The position numbers and the translations under genes are program-made. A stretch of DNA of 51,816 nucleotides from Clostridia bacterium (lineage in GTDB: Bacteria > Bacillota > Clostridia > UMGS1883). The stretch spans positions 1-51,816 of the forward strand of contig JBJDXJ010000022.1 of assembly GCA_051866635.1 (NCBI GenBank), read 5' to 3'. Below the pieces are notes generated by a model that did not search any database, was not told the DNA's origin, and saw only the letters and a list, made by a program, of their open reading frames with translations. This document shows positions 1 through 8,988 of the stretch, one piece after another. Positions within the stretch are counted from its first letter, which is position 1. The number at the start of each line of letters is the position of its first letter.

Positions 1-35
1 AAGAATTGAAGCTGAGTAAAATTGGAGTTGATTTA

Positions 36-1274
36 ATGCTTACATCTGAGATAATATGTGTGGGAACAGAGCTTCTTATGGGTCAGGTTGTAAATACCAA
101 TGCCGCATACATTGCTCAAAGGCTTTGTGATATAGGTTTAGCTGTAAACTATTCCTCGGTTGTGGGAGATAATCCCAAACGCCTTCGTGACAGCGTTAGT
201 GAAGCTTTATCACGATGTGATGTTATTATCACCACAGGCGGATTAGGACCTACAGACGACGATTTGACCAAGGAAACAGTGGCAGAACTATTGGGCAAAA
301 AACTTGTTTTCCATGAGGACAGTATGAGAAAAATGGTTTCATATTTAAGAGAATCGGGCAAAAATATGAGTAAAAACAACGAAAAACAGGCTTATCTTCC
401 CGAAGGATGTTTCATTTTAGAAAATGATAACGGAACAGCACCGGGATGTATTGTGGAAAAAGATAATCACTTTGTGGTTATGCTTCCCGGTCCACCTAAG
501 GAAATGAAGCCTATGTTTGACAAGGCTCTTAAGTTTTTAAAAGAAAAGTCTGACGTTGTTATGAAATCCAGGGTTTTACGCCTTTTCGGCATAGGTGAAA
601 GCAGAGCCGCAGCTACTTTGGATGATATTATAAAAGAACAGACAAACCCCACCATTGCCCCTTACGCAAAAGAAGGGGAGGTTACCTTCAGGATAACAGC
701 CTCTGCCAAAGACGAGGATGAGGCACAAAAAATGGTTGACCGTATGGCAGATAAGGTTTACGAAAGGCTGGGAGATTATATCTACGGCGAAGGTGACAGT
801 AACAGTATGGAAAAGGTTCTTGTACAAGCCTTAAAAGAGAAAAATTTAACAATAGCCACTGCCGAAAGCTGTACGGGAGGTCTTATAAGTCAGCTTATAA
901 CAAAGGTTCCCGGGTCAAGCGACGTTTTCGGTTTTGGGTTTGTTACTTATGCAAACGAAGCAAAGGAAAGATTTTTGGGCGTAAAGAAAGAAACTCTTTT
1001 GCAATACGGTGCTGTAAGCGAATTTACGGCAAAGGAAATGGCAGAGGGTGCAAGAGAAAAATCAGGTGCATCTGTTGCATTGTCTGTTACGGGCATTGCA
1101 GGGCCCGGCGGCGGAACAGATGAAAAGCCTGTTGGGCTTGTATACATCGGTGTAAGTGACAAAAACGGCACAGAAGCCTACAGATTTATGATGACGGGCG
1201 ACAGAGAAAGGGTCAGAAAAAAGAGTGCCCTTTGTGCAATGAACATAGTATTGAAAAGAATAAAATCAATTTAA
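36..1274 (+). CDS. cinA: Competence/damage-inducible protein CinA (molybdopterin-binding-like domain + NMN deamidase PncC domain)
   Basis: N-terminal EIICVGTELLMGQVVNTNA and TTGGLGPTDDDLT; C-terminal TAESCTGG and TGIAGPGGG. Start moved to ATG 36 after GGAG. Confidence 0.95.
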   Translation: MLTSEIICVGTELLMGQVVNTNAAYIAQRLCDIGLAVNYSSVVGDNPKRLRDSVSEALSRCDVIITTGGLGPTDDDLTKETVAELLGKKLVFHEDSMRKMVSYLRESGKNMSKNNEKQAYLPEGCFILENDNGTAPGCIVEKDNHFVVMLPGPPKEMKPMFDKALKFLKEKSDVVMKSRVLRLFGIGESRAAATLDDIIKEQTNPTIAPYAKEGEVTFRITASAKDEDEAQKMVDRMADKVYERLGDYIYGEGDSNSMEKVLVQALKEKNLTIATAESCTGGLISQLITKVPGSSDVFGFGFVTYANEAKERFLGVKKETLLQYGAVSEFTAKEMAEGAREKSGASVALSVTGIAGPGGGTDEKPVGLVYIGVSDKNGTEAYRFMMTGDRERVRKKSALCAMNIVLKRIKSI

Positions 1275-1287
1275 TGTGAGGTAGGGT

Positions 1288-1746
1288 ATGGATAAAATAG
1301 CATCATTTACAGTTGACCATGATTTGCTTGAAGAAGGGATGTATATTTCCCGTATAGACGGGGACATAACAACTTTTGATATGAGGACGAGAAAACCAAA
1401 CATGGGCGATTATATGGACAATATAACTATGCACTCTGTTGAGCATATGTTTGCCACATTGGTGCGTAATTGTGCCATCGGTGAAAATGTGATATATTTC
1501 GGTCCCATGGGTTGCAGGACAGGCTTTTACCTTCTTACAAGAGGAATTGACAAGGACGTTGTTTTTAATGAAACAAAAAAAGTTCTAAGTGATATTTGTG
1601 AGGAGAAAACAATGTACGGGCAAAGCCGAAAAGAATGTGGAAATTATAAAGAACTTGACCTTGAAAAGGCAAAGGTTGAATGTGCGAGGTATCTGAAAAT
1701 ACTTGAAGCTAAAGGCGAAAAGAACGATTTTTCATATAAGGAGTGA
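1288..1746 (+). CDS. luxS: S-ribosylhomocysteine lyase (AI-2 synthase)
   Basis: IASFTVDH, HxxEH motif (HSVEH), GPMGCRTGFY with catalytic Cys, ECGNY metal-ligand Cys. Confidence 0.96.
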   Translation: MDKIASFTVDHDLLEEGMYISRIDGDITTFDMRTRKPNMGDYMDNITMHSVEHMFATLVRNCAIGENVIYFGPMGCRTGFYLLTRGIDKDVVFNETKKVLSDICEEKTMYGQSRKECGNYKELDLEKAKVECARYLKILEAKGEKNDFSYKE

Positions 1747-2447
1747 ATGAATTGATAGGCATTATTTGTGCAATGCAGTTGGAGCTTGAGAAAATCAATC
1801 AGGAAATTGAAAACAAGGTTACAGAAACTGTTTCCGGTGTTGTTTTTACAAAAGGAACCCTTTACGGAAAGGATATTGTAACAGCCGTATGCGGTGTAGG
1901 TAAGGTTTTTGCCGCAATATGTACAGAAGCCATGATTATTAAGTATAACCCTGACGTTATAATAAATACAGGCGTTGCAGGAAGTCTTACCGATAAATTG
2001 TCAATCGGTGATGTTGCTGTAAGTGAATATGTAGTTCAGCACGATATGGACACTTCACCATTAGGTGATCCTGTGGGGCTTTTGTCAGGAATTAATATAG
2101 TGAAAATACCGGCAGATTCCACTGTTTCTGATAAAATTGCAGGTTGTGTAAAGGCTTTGGGCAAAAGATGTGAAAAGGGCATAATTGCATCAGGTGACCA
2201 GTTTATCGCAAATGATGAAAAGAAAGAGTACATAAGAGATACATTTGATGCAATCGCCTGTGAAATGGAAGGTGGCAGTGTGGGACACGCCTGCTTTGTA
2301 AATAACGTTAAGTTCACTGTTATAAGGGCAATAAGCGACAGTGCAGGCGGCGAAAGTACAATGGATTATCCCACCTTTGCACGTATGGCGGCAGAACAGT
2401 CAGCCAAGGCAGTGAAACTTTTTGTAAAGGAACACTATAACGGATAA
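1743..2447 (+). CDS. mtnN: 5'-methylthioadenosine/S-adenosylhomocysteine nucleosidase (Pfs)
   Basis: IGIICAM..E, GVGKVFAA, INTGVAG, SGDQFI, EMEG, IRAISDSA. GTG start overlaps the luxS stop. Confidence 0.95.
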   Translation: MNELIGIICAMQLELEKINQEIENKVTETVSGVVFTKGTLYGKDIVTAVCGVGKVFAAICTEAMIIKYNPDVIINTGVAGSLTDKLSIGDVAVSEYVVQHDMDTSPLGDPVGLLSGINIVKIPADSTVSDKIAGCVKALGKRCEKGIIASGDQFIANDEKKEYIRDTFDAIACEMEGGSVGHACFVNNVKFTVIRAISDSAGGESTMDYPTFARMAAEQSAKAVKLFVKEHYNG

Positions 2448-2512
2448 ATTGGATTGTTTCTAGCCTTTTTTGTTAAAAATTAATATAAAATTAATAAAAT
2501 TGTAACTTGCTA

Positions 2513-2541
2513 TTGATTTTTGAAAAAATTTTTGCTAAAAT
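2513..2541 (+). promoter_or_regulatory. Putative sigma-A promoter for the BMP ABC transporter operon
   Basis: TTGATT-17 nt-TAAAAT with TG extended -10. Confidence 0.55.
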
Positions 2542-2604
2542 GATACCGTGTTAATGAGAAGTGTTCTTCTCAAAAAAATTATTTTAATATTGGAGGAGAT
2601 TTCA

Positions 2605-3837
2605 ATGAAGAAATTACTCACTTTCGCACTCGCACTTGTAATGGCATTGTCTCTTGCAGCTTGCGGTGGCGAATCAAACCCCGCAGACCCCACAGAACTT
2701 ACAGGTTCTGCAAGTGTTGAGGATTCATTCAAGATTGGTTTCATTTTCTTGCATGATGAAAACTCAACATACGACAAGAACTTCCTTGATGCAGCAGAAA
2801 TAGCTACAGCTGAACTTGGTCTTAGCCCCGAACAGGTTATCTTCAAGACAAATATTCCTGAAGGTAATGAATGTTACGAAGCTGCAGCAGACCTTGTTGA
2901 CCAGGGTTGCGACATCATATTCGCAGACAGCTTTGGTCATGAGCCTTATATGTTAAAGGCTGCTAAGGAATTTCCTGAAGTAGAATTCTGTCATGCAACA
3001 GGTACAACAGCACACACAGAAGGCGTTAAGAACTTTCACAATGCATTCGCATCTATCTACGAAGGCAGATATCTTGCAGGTATCGCTGCAGGTATGAAGC
3101 TTAACGAAATGATCGAAAGCGGAAAGATTACAGAAGACCAGGCTAAGATGGGTTATGTAGGTGCTTTCACATACGCTGAAGTTGTTTCCGGTTACACATC
3201 TTTCTACCTTGGTGCTAAGTCTGTTTGCCCCAGCGTAACAATGGAAGTACAGTTCACAGGTAGCTGGTACGATGAAGCTCTTGAGAAAGAAGCAGCTACA
3301 AAGCTTCTCAGCAACAACTGTGTACTTATCAGCCAGCACGCTGACTCAATGGGTGCTCCCACAGCTTGTGAAAACGCAGGCGTTCCCAATGTTTCCTACA
3401 ACGGTAGCACACTCAGCGCTTGTCCCAACACATTCATCGTTTCTTCAAGAATTGACTGGGCTCCTTACTTCAAGTATATTATTGAGACAGTTATGAATGG
3501 CGAAGAAATCGTTGCTGACTGGTGCGAAGGCTTTGAAGCAGGTGCTGTAAAACTTACAGATGTTAACGAAAATGTAGCAGCTGCAGGTACCATAGAAGCT
3601 ATGGAAGAAGCAAAGGCTAAGCTTATTGCAGGCGAAATCAATGTATTTGACACAGAAGCATTTACAGTAGGCGGCGAAAAGCTTGAATCTTATCTTGCAG
3701 ATGTTGACACAGACGCTAACTACGAAGGAGATACAGAAGTTATTTCCGACGGTTATTTCCACGAATCTGAATTCCGCAGTGCTCCTTACTTTGATATTCA
3801 GATAGATGGTATTACACTTCTTAACAGTGCATTCTAA
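2605..3837 (+). CDS. BMP-family ABC transporter substrate-binding lipoprotein (nucleoside/purine type)
   Basis: Lipobox LAAC after a signal peptide; IFADSFG, EFCHATG, YEGRYLAGIAAG, ISQHADS resemble BMP/PnrA proteins. RBS GGAGG before ATG 2605. Confidence 0.85.
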   Translation: MKKLLTFALALVMALSLAACGGESNPADPTELTGSASVEDSFKIGFIFLHDENSTYDKNFLDAAEIATAELGLSPEQVIFKTNIPEGNECYEAAADLVDQGCDIIFADSFGHEPYMLKAAKEFPEVEFCHATGTTAHTEGVKNFHNAFASIYEGRYLAGIAAGMKLNEMIESGKITEDQAKMGYVGAFTYAEVVSGYTSFYLGAKSVCPSVTMEVQFTGSWYDEALEKEAATKLLSNNCVLISQHADSMGAPTACENAGVPNVSYNGSTLSACPNTFIVSSRIDWAPYFKYIIETVMNGEEIVADWCEGFEAGAVKLTDVNENVAAAGTIEAMEEAKAKLIAGEINVFDTEAFTVGGEKLESYLADVDTDANYEGDTEVISDGYFHESEFRSAPYFDIQIDGITLLNSAF

Positions 3838-3847
3838 TTAAATTTTT

Positions 3848-3880
3848 AATATAGGGTGGGGAATTTCTCCACCCTATATT
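3848..3880 (+). terminator. Stem-loop after the substrate-binding gene (partial terminator or mRNA stabiliser)
   Basis: AATATAGGGTGG(G)GA-ATT-TC(T)CCACCCTATATT inverted repeat; U-tract is weak. Confidence 0.6.
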
Positions 3881-3959
3881 AGATTAATTGCTTTTTTAAT
3901 AAGCAAAGGGTGTGTGTTTATTAAAGAAGACAATACTTTTTTAAGAATGGAGATTTTTT

Positions 3960-5513
3960 ATGGAACAAAATATTGCTCTGGAACTTAAAAATATAACAAA
4001 AACCTTTGGAAAGGTTGTTGCCAACAAAAATGTTTCACTTAAAGTACATAAGGGTGAAATTCTTGCTATTCTCGGCGAAAACGGCAGTGGTAAAACTACT
4101 TTGATGAATATGATATCGGGTATATATTATCCCGATGAAGGTCAGATTTTTGTGGATGGGAAAGAAGTGTCCATCAAGGGACCGAAGGATGCTTTCAGCT
4201 ATGGCATTGGTATGATACATCAACATTTTAAACTTGTTGATGTGTTTACGGCTGCAGAAAATATCGTTCTCGGTCTTAAAGATGAAAAGGGCTTTAATAT
4301 GGCAAAATATATTGAAGAAATCAAGCAAATTACCGATATGTATGGGTTTGAGCTTGACCCTAATAAGAAAATATACGAAATGTCTGTTTCCGAAAAGCAG
4401 ACTGTTGAAATCATAAAGGTTCTTTACCGTGGTGCAAATATTCTTATTTTGGATGAACCAACTGCCGTACTCACACCCCAGGAAACTGTAAAACTTTTTA
4501 CTGTTTTGCGTAATATGCGTGACAGCGGAAAGGTAATCATTATTATCACTCACAAACTTCACGAGGTGCTTTCACTTTCCGATAATGTGGCGGTTCTTCA
4601 CAAGGGCGAGTATATAGGCACAGTAAAAACCGCTCAAACCAATGAGTCGGAACTTACCGAAATGATGGTTGGTAAAAAAGTTGCATTAAATATTGAACGC
4701 AGTGAAGTTGAAAACTGTGAGGACAGATTGGTGGTACAAAATATCAACTGCACAAACATCGAAGGTGTAAAACTTCTTGATGATGTATCCTTCACTGTCC
4801 GTTCGGGTGAAATATTGGGCATTGCAGGTATTGCAGGCAGCGGACAGAGAGAGCTTTTAGAGGCAATTGCAGGTCTGCAAAATCTTGATAGCGGCAGCAT
4901 TGTCTATAATAACCCCAAAACAGGAAAAAGTGAAAACCTTAGGGACAAGACCCCTGTTGAAATCAGACAGTTAGGTGTAAGGCTTGCCTTTGTTCCCGAG
5001 GACAGACTTGGAATGGGACTTGTTGGAAATATGGACATTATTGATAATATGATGCTCCGTAGCTATAAAAAAGGCAAATCCATGTTTCTTCACCGTAAAA
5101 ATCCTAAATCACTTGCTGAAGAAATCATTGAAAAACTTGAAGTTGTTACGCCTTCCGCACACACCCCTGTAAGAAGGCTTTCCGGCGGAAATGTGCAAAA
5201 AATCCTTGTGGGACGCGAAATTGCATCTTCACCTACGGTGCTTATGGCAGCCTATCCGGTAAGAGGTCTTGATATAAACTCTTCATATACAATATACAAC
5301 CTTCTTAACGAGCAGAAGAGAAAGGGTGTGGCAGTAATTTTTGTGGGTGAGGACCTTGATGTTTTAATAGAACTTTGCGATAGAATTATGGTTATAGGTT
5401 CAGGCAGAGTTACAGGTATTGTTGACGGAAGAAATACCACAAAAGAAGAAATAGGTGTTCTTATGACAAAATCAAAAAGTGACGTTGATAAGACTGGAGG
5501 CGAACAGCAATGA
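3960..5513 (+). CDS. ABC transporter ATP-binding protein with two NBDs (CUT2/nucleoside type)
   Basis: Walker A GENGSGKTT, LILDEPT, second-half LSGGNVQK. Confidence 0.92.
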   Translation: MEQNIALELKNITKTFGKVVANKNVSLKVHKGEILAILGENGSGKTTLMNMISGIYYPDEGQIFVDGKEVSIKGPKDAFSYGIGMIHQHFKLVDVFTAAENIVLGLKDEKGFNMAKYIEEIKQITDMYGFELDPNKKIYEMSVSEKQTVEIIKVLYRGANILILDEPTAVLTPQETVKLFTVLRNMRDSGKVIIIITHKLHEVLSLSDNVAVLHKGEYIGTVKTAQTNESELTEMMVGKKVALNIERSEVENCEDRLVVQNINCTNIEGVKLLDDVSFTVRSGEILGIAGIAGSGQRELLEAIAGLQNLDSGSIVYNNPKTGKSENLRDKTPVEIRQLGVRLAFVPEDRLGMGLVGNMDIIDNMMLRSYKKGKSMFLHRKNPKSLAEEIIEKLEVVTPSAHTPVRRLSGGNVQKILVGREIASSPTVLMAAYPVRGLDINSSYTIYNLLNEQKRKGVAVIFVGEDLDVLIELCDRIMVIGSGRVTGIVDGRNTTKEEIGVLMTKSKSDVDKTGGEQQ

Positions 5514-6604
5514 AAAAACCGGACAAATTATACTTTGCGGCACTGGGACATATTGTCAAGCGTGATGATATTTCATGGTGGAATGCATGGCTTATAAGAA
5601 TAGTTGCCGTAGCACTTGCACTTGTTGTATGTGGCTTTGTAACGGTTTCGCTTACCGACCTTAACCCTATTGAAATGTATGCTACCATGATAGAAGGTGC
5701 AATCGGAACCTCCCGTCTTACATGGAACCTTTTTCAGAATACGGCAATACTTCTTTGCGTAGCACTTGCACTGACGCCTGCCTTTAAAATGAAATTTTGG
5801 AACATCGGCGGCGAGGGACAAATATTAATCGGAGGTTTTGCAACAGCTTGCTGTATGATTTTCTTAGGCGAAAAAATTCCGTCCGTGATACTGATACCAA
5901 TAATGCTTATTACAAGTATTGTTTCTGGGGCAATATGGGGCTTAATTCCTGCATATTTCAAAACTCGTTTCAACTCTAATGAAACACTTTTTACATTGAT
6001 GATGAATTACATTGCCATACAGATTGTAGCTTATTTCACACTTGAATGGTCAATGCCTAAGGGATCGGGAACACCGAGACCGTTGGAGTATGGTCAGCTT
6101 CCTGTACTTTTTGGTCAAAAGTATCTTGTAAATATTTTGATTGTGGCACTTATCACTGTTTTGGTATATATTTATCTTAAATACAGTAAACAGGGGTATG
6201 AAATCGCAGTTGTAGGCGAAAGCGAAAATACTGCAAGATATATAGGCATAAATGTTAAAAAAGTTGTCCTTCGTACAATGATTATTTCAGGTGCTCTTTG
6301 CGGTATAGCAGGCTTTCTTCTTGTTGCGGGAACAGACCATTCATTAAAAAGCGATACAGCAGGCGGCCGTGGCTTTACGGCAATTATGGTTTCCTGGCTT
6401 GCAAAATTTAATCCCATATTTATGGTACTTACATCACTTCTTATAGTATTTTTACAGAAGGGTGCTTCAAAAATTTCCGAGGTTTACCGATTAAACTCAT
6501 CCTTCTCTGATATTATTACCGGTATTATTATATTCTTTATTATCGGTTCTGAGTTTTTTATAAATTATAAAATAAAGTTTAATAAAAAGGAGAGAAATGT
6601 ATGA
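5510..6604 (+). CDS. ABC transporter permease (nucleoside/sugar type)
   Basis: Multi-TM; WNIGGEGQ, LMMNYIA, ARYIGIN motifs; overlaps the ATPase stop. Confidence 0.9.
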   Translation: MKKPDKLYFAALGHIVKRDDISWWNAWLIRIVAVALALVVCGFVTVSLTDLNPIEMYATMIEGAIGTSRLTWNLFQNTAILLCVALALTPAFKMKFWNIGGEGQILIGGFATACCMIFLGEKIPSVILIPIMLITSIVSGAIWGLIPAYFKTRFNSNETLFTLMMNYIAIQIVAYFTLEWSMPKGSGTPRPLEYGQLPVLFGQKYLVNILIVALITVLVYIYLKYSKQGYEIAVVGESENTARYIGINVKKVVLRTMIISGALCGIAGFLLVAGTDHSLKSDTAGGRGFTAIMVSWLAKFNPIFMVLTSLLIVFLQKGASKISEVYRLNSSFSDIITGIIIFFIIGSEFFINYKIKFNKKERNV

Positions 6605-7587
6605 TAACGACAATTATTCAGCGTGCAGTTATGCAGGGAACTCCTTTGCTTTTAGGTTCAACAGGGGAAATACTTACAGAAAAATCAGGTCATCTTAACT
6701 TAGGTATCCCCGGAATTATGTATGTGGGTGCAATAAGCGGTGTTGCAGGTGCTTTTCTTTATGAACAAAGCGTTGCATCGCCCGAACTTATAAACCCACT
6801 TTTAGCAGTTATAATTCCCCTTGTATGCTCTTTGGTAGGTTCAACTCTTATGGGACTTATTTACTGCTTTTTGACAGTTTCACTCCGTGCTAATCAAAAT
6901 GTAACAGGTCTGGCACTCACAACCTTTGGCGTTGGTATAGGTAACTTTTTCGGTGGTTCACTTATAAAACTTGTTGACACTGATGTTCCTTCCATTGCTC
7001 TTTCGCAAACCAGTAACTATTTCAGAACACAGTTGCCCTTTGCCGATAAATTGGGATGGTTTGGTGATATTTTCCTTTCATATGGATTTTTGGTATATGT
7101 TGCAATTATAGTGGCACTTGTATCTTCCTATATCCTTAACAGAACAAGAGTAGGTCTTCATTTAAGGGCAGTGGGCGAAAGCCCGGAAACGGCAGATGCT
7201 GTGGGCATAAATGTTACAAAATACAAGTATTTGTCAACTTGTATAGGCAGTGCAATTGCAGGTCTTGGCGGTCTTTATTATGTAATGGATTACGCCAACG
7301 GTGTTTGGTCTAACAACGGATTTGGTGACCGTGGATGGCTTGCCATAGCACTTGTTATATTCTCTGTATGGCGTCCGTCCTTAAGTATTCTCGGTTCCAT
7401 ACTTTTTGGCTTCTTGTATGTAATTCCCACATATATTCCCGGAATTACGGTAAGTTCAAAAAAACTTTTTGAGATGCTTCCTTATGTTGTAACACTGATA
7501 GTTTTGGTTGTTACAAGTATGAGAAAAAGGAGAGAAAACCAGCCTCCTGCGGCTTTGGGACTTCCTTATTTCCGTGAAGAAAGATAA
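6601..7587 (+). CDS. ABC transporter permease (nucleoside/sugar type)
   Basis: EKSGHLNLGIPG, GLHLRAVGESP, GWLAIALVIF, C-terminal PAALGLPYFREER. Confidence 0.9.
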   Translation: MITTIIQRAVMQGTPLLLGSTGEILTEKSGHLNLGIPGIMYVGAISGVAGAFLYEQSVASPELINPLLAVIIPLVCSLVGSTLMGLIYCFLTVSLRANQNVTGLALTTFGVGIGNFFGGSLIKLVDTDVPSIALSQTSNYFRTQLPFADKLGWFGDIFLSYGFLVYVAIIVALVSSYILNRTRVGLHLRAVGESPETADAVGINVTKYKYLSTCIGSAIAGLGGLYYVMDYANGVWSNNGFGDRGWLAIALVIFSVWRPSLSILGSILFGFLYVIPTYIPGITVSSKKLFEMLPYVVTLIVLVVTSMRKRRENQPPAALGLPYFREER

Positions 7588-7598
7588 TTATCATATGT

Positions 7599-7637
7599 AA
7601 AAAAACGCATTTCAGAACCTCTGAAATGCGTTTTTTA
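7599..7637. terminator. Bidirectional intrinsic terminator
   Basis: AAAAAACGCATTTCAGA-ACC-TCTGAAATGCGTTTTTT between convergent genes. Confidence 0.85.
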
Positions 7638-7645
7638 TATGCTTG

Positions 7646-8854
7646 TTATTTACCCATATCAATAAACTTTTGCATAAGTGTATGACCAAGAGCGATATAT
7701 TCACCATGTTCGTTTGCACATTTTTCAGTGTATGTGTAGCCTGTATGGTTATTATCACCCTTACGGTATATAATGCAAGGCACATCTTCACCGCTGTGTG
7801 TCTTTATTGCAACAGGTGTGTAGTGGTCGGGCATAACCATGAAAATATAATCTTCACCTGCTTTATCAAGCTCTTTCTTAATATAACCTATAATCTTTTC
7901 GTCGATTAATTCAAGGCTCTTTACTTTGCCCGGGGCATCGCCCTGGTGACCACATTCATCAGGTGCTTCAAGGTGAACATATACCAAATCGCAATTGTCC
8001 TTTAAAAGGGCGTCTACAGCCGCTTTTGCTTTGCCGTCAAAATTTGTGTGAAGGTTACCTGTGACACCTTCCACGTCTATTGAATTCATTTCTGCCAGTA
8101 TACCGATACCCTTTATAAGGTCAACAGCAGAAACAACGGCACCCTTTAATCCGTACTTTTCTTCAAAGGAGGAAACAAGAGGCTTTTTGCCTTCGCCCCA
8201 TACCCAGATGGAATTTGCAGGATTTTTGCCCTCGGCAATACGCTTAAGGTTTACAGGGTGGTTTTTCAAAACAGCTTCGCTCTTTTTCATTAAATCAAGA
8301 ATTCTTTCGTTGTCGGGAAGATAGTCTTTGATTTTTTTGTCTGAAATATCATGGGGAGGAGTAAGGTTAAACTTTTCGGGTGCGTTGTCCCATGTGAATA
8401 AATGCCTGTAGCTAACACCGGGATAAAGGTTAATATCACCGCCGAAAAGTGCATCCCTGACAGAAAGTATAAGTTCACGGCTTTCTTCTGTTGAGATTTC
8501 CCCGGCAGAATAGTCAACCATTGTTTTATCCTCGTAATTTTCTTCGTCAGATAAAGTAACAGTGTTTGCACGAAAAGCAGTTTGTGAAGGTGTTAAAACA
8601 ACACCGATTGATGCGGCTTCAAGGGGGGAACGACCTGTGTAATACTCATAGGGGTTATAACCCATAACGCAAAGGTTTGCAACGTCACTGCCGGGCTTTA
8701 AGCCTTCACCTACTGTTTTAACCAAAAACAGCTTACCTTCTGATGCAAACATATCCATATTTGGTGTCTCGGATGCCTCAAGAGGTGTTTTACCACCTAA
8801 AGAGTCAATAGGGTAATCACCGGCACCGTCAGTTAATACAACTACATATTTCAT
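7646..8854 (-). CDS. apgM: Cofactor-independent phosphoglycerate mutase, ApgM type
   Basis: MKYVVVLTDGAGD, GKTPLE, PGSDVANL, GRSPLEAAS, EAPDECGH, MPDHYTP. RBS AAAGGAGG before ATG 8854. Confidence 0.88.
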   Translation of the reverse strand: MKYVVVLTDGAGDYPIDSLGGKTPLEASETPNMDMFASEGKLFLVKTVGEGLKPGSDVANLCVMGYNPYEYYTGRSPLEAASIGVVLTPSQTAFRANTVTLSDEENYEDKTMVDYSAGEISTEESRELILSVRDALFGGDINLYPGVSYRHLFTWDNAPEKFNLTPPHDISDKKIKDYLPDNERILDLMKKSEAVLKNHPVNLKRIAEGKNPANSIWVWGEGKKPLVSSFEEKYGLKGAVVSAVDLIKGIGILAEMNSIDVEGVTGNLHTNFDGKAKAAVDALLKDNCDLVYVHLEAPDECGHQGDAPGKVKSLELIDEKIIGYIKKELDKAGEDYIFMVMPDHYTPVAIKTHSGEDVPCIIYRKGDNNHTGYTYTEKCANEHGEYIALGHTLMQKFIDMGK

Positions 8855-8891
8855 AGGAACATAAGTTCCTCCTTTCAAAAACATTTTAAAT

Positions 8892-8968
8892 ATTATACCA
8901 CCTGTTGTAAAAAAGAGCAATACAATTTTCACTAAAAGTTGACAAATAGTATACTGTAATGATAGGAT
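8892..8968. promoter_or_regulatory. Divergent sigma-A promoters for apgM (minus) and xylB (plus)
   Basis: Minus: TTGCTC(8920-8915)-17-TATAAT(8897-8892) with TG. Plus: TTGACA(8939)-18-TAGGAT(8963) with TG. Confidence 0.5.
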
Positions 8969-8988
8969 ATAGTAAAGGAAGTGATGGT

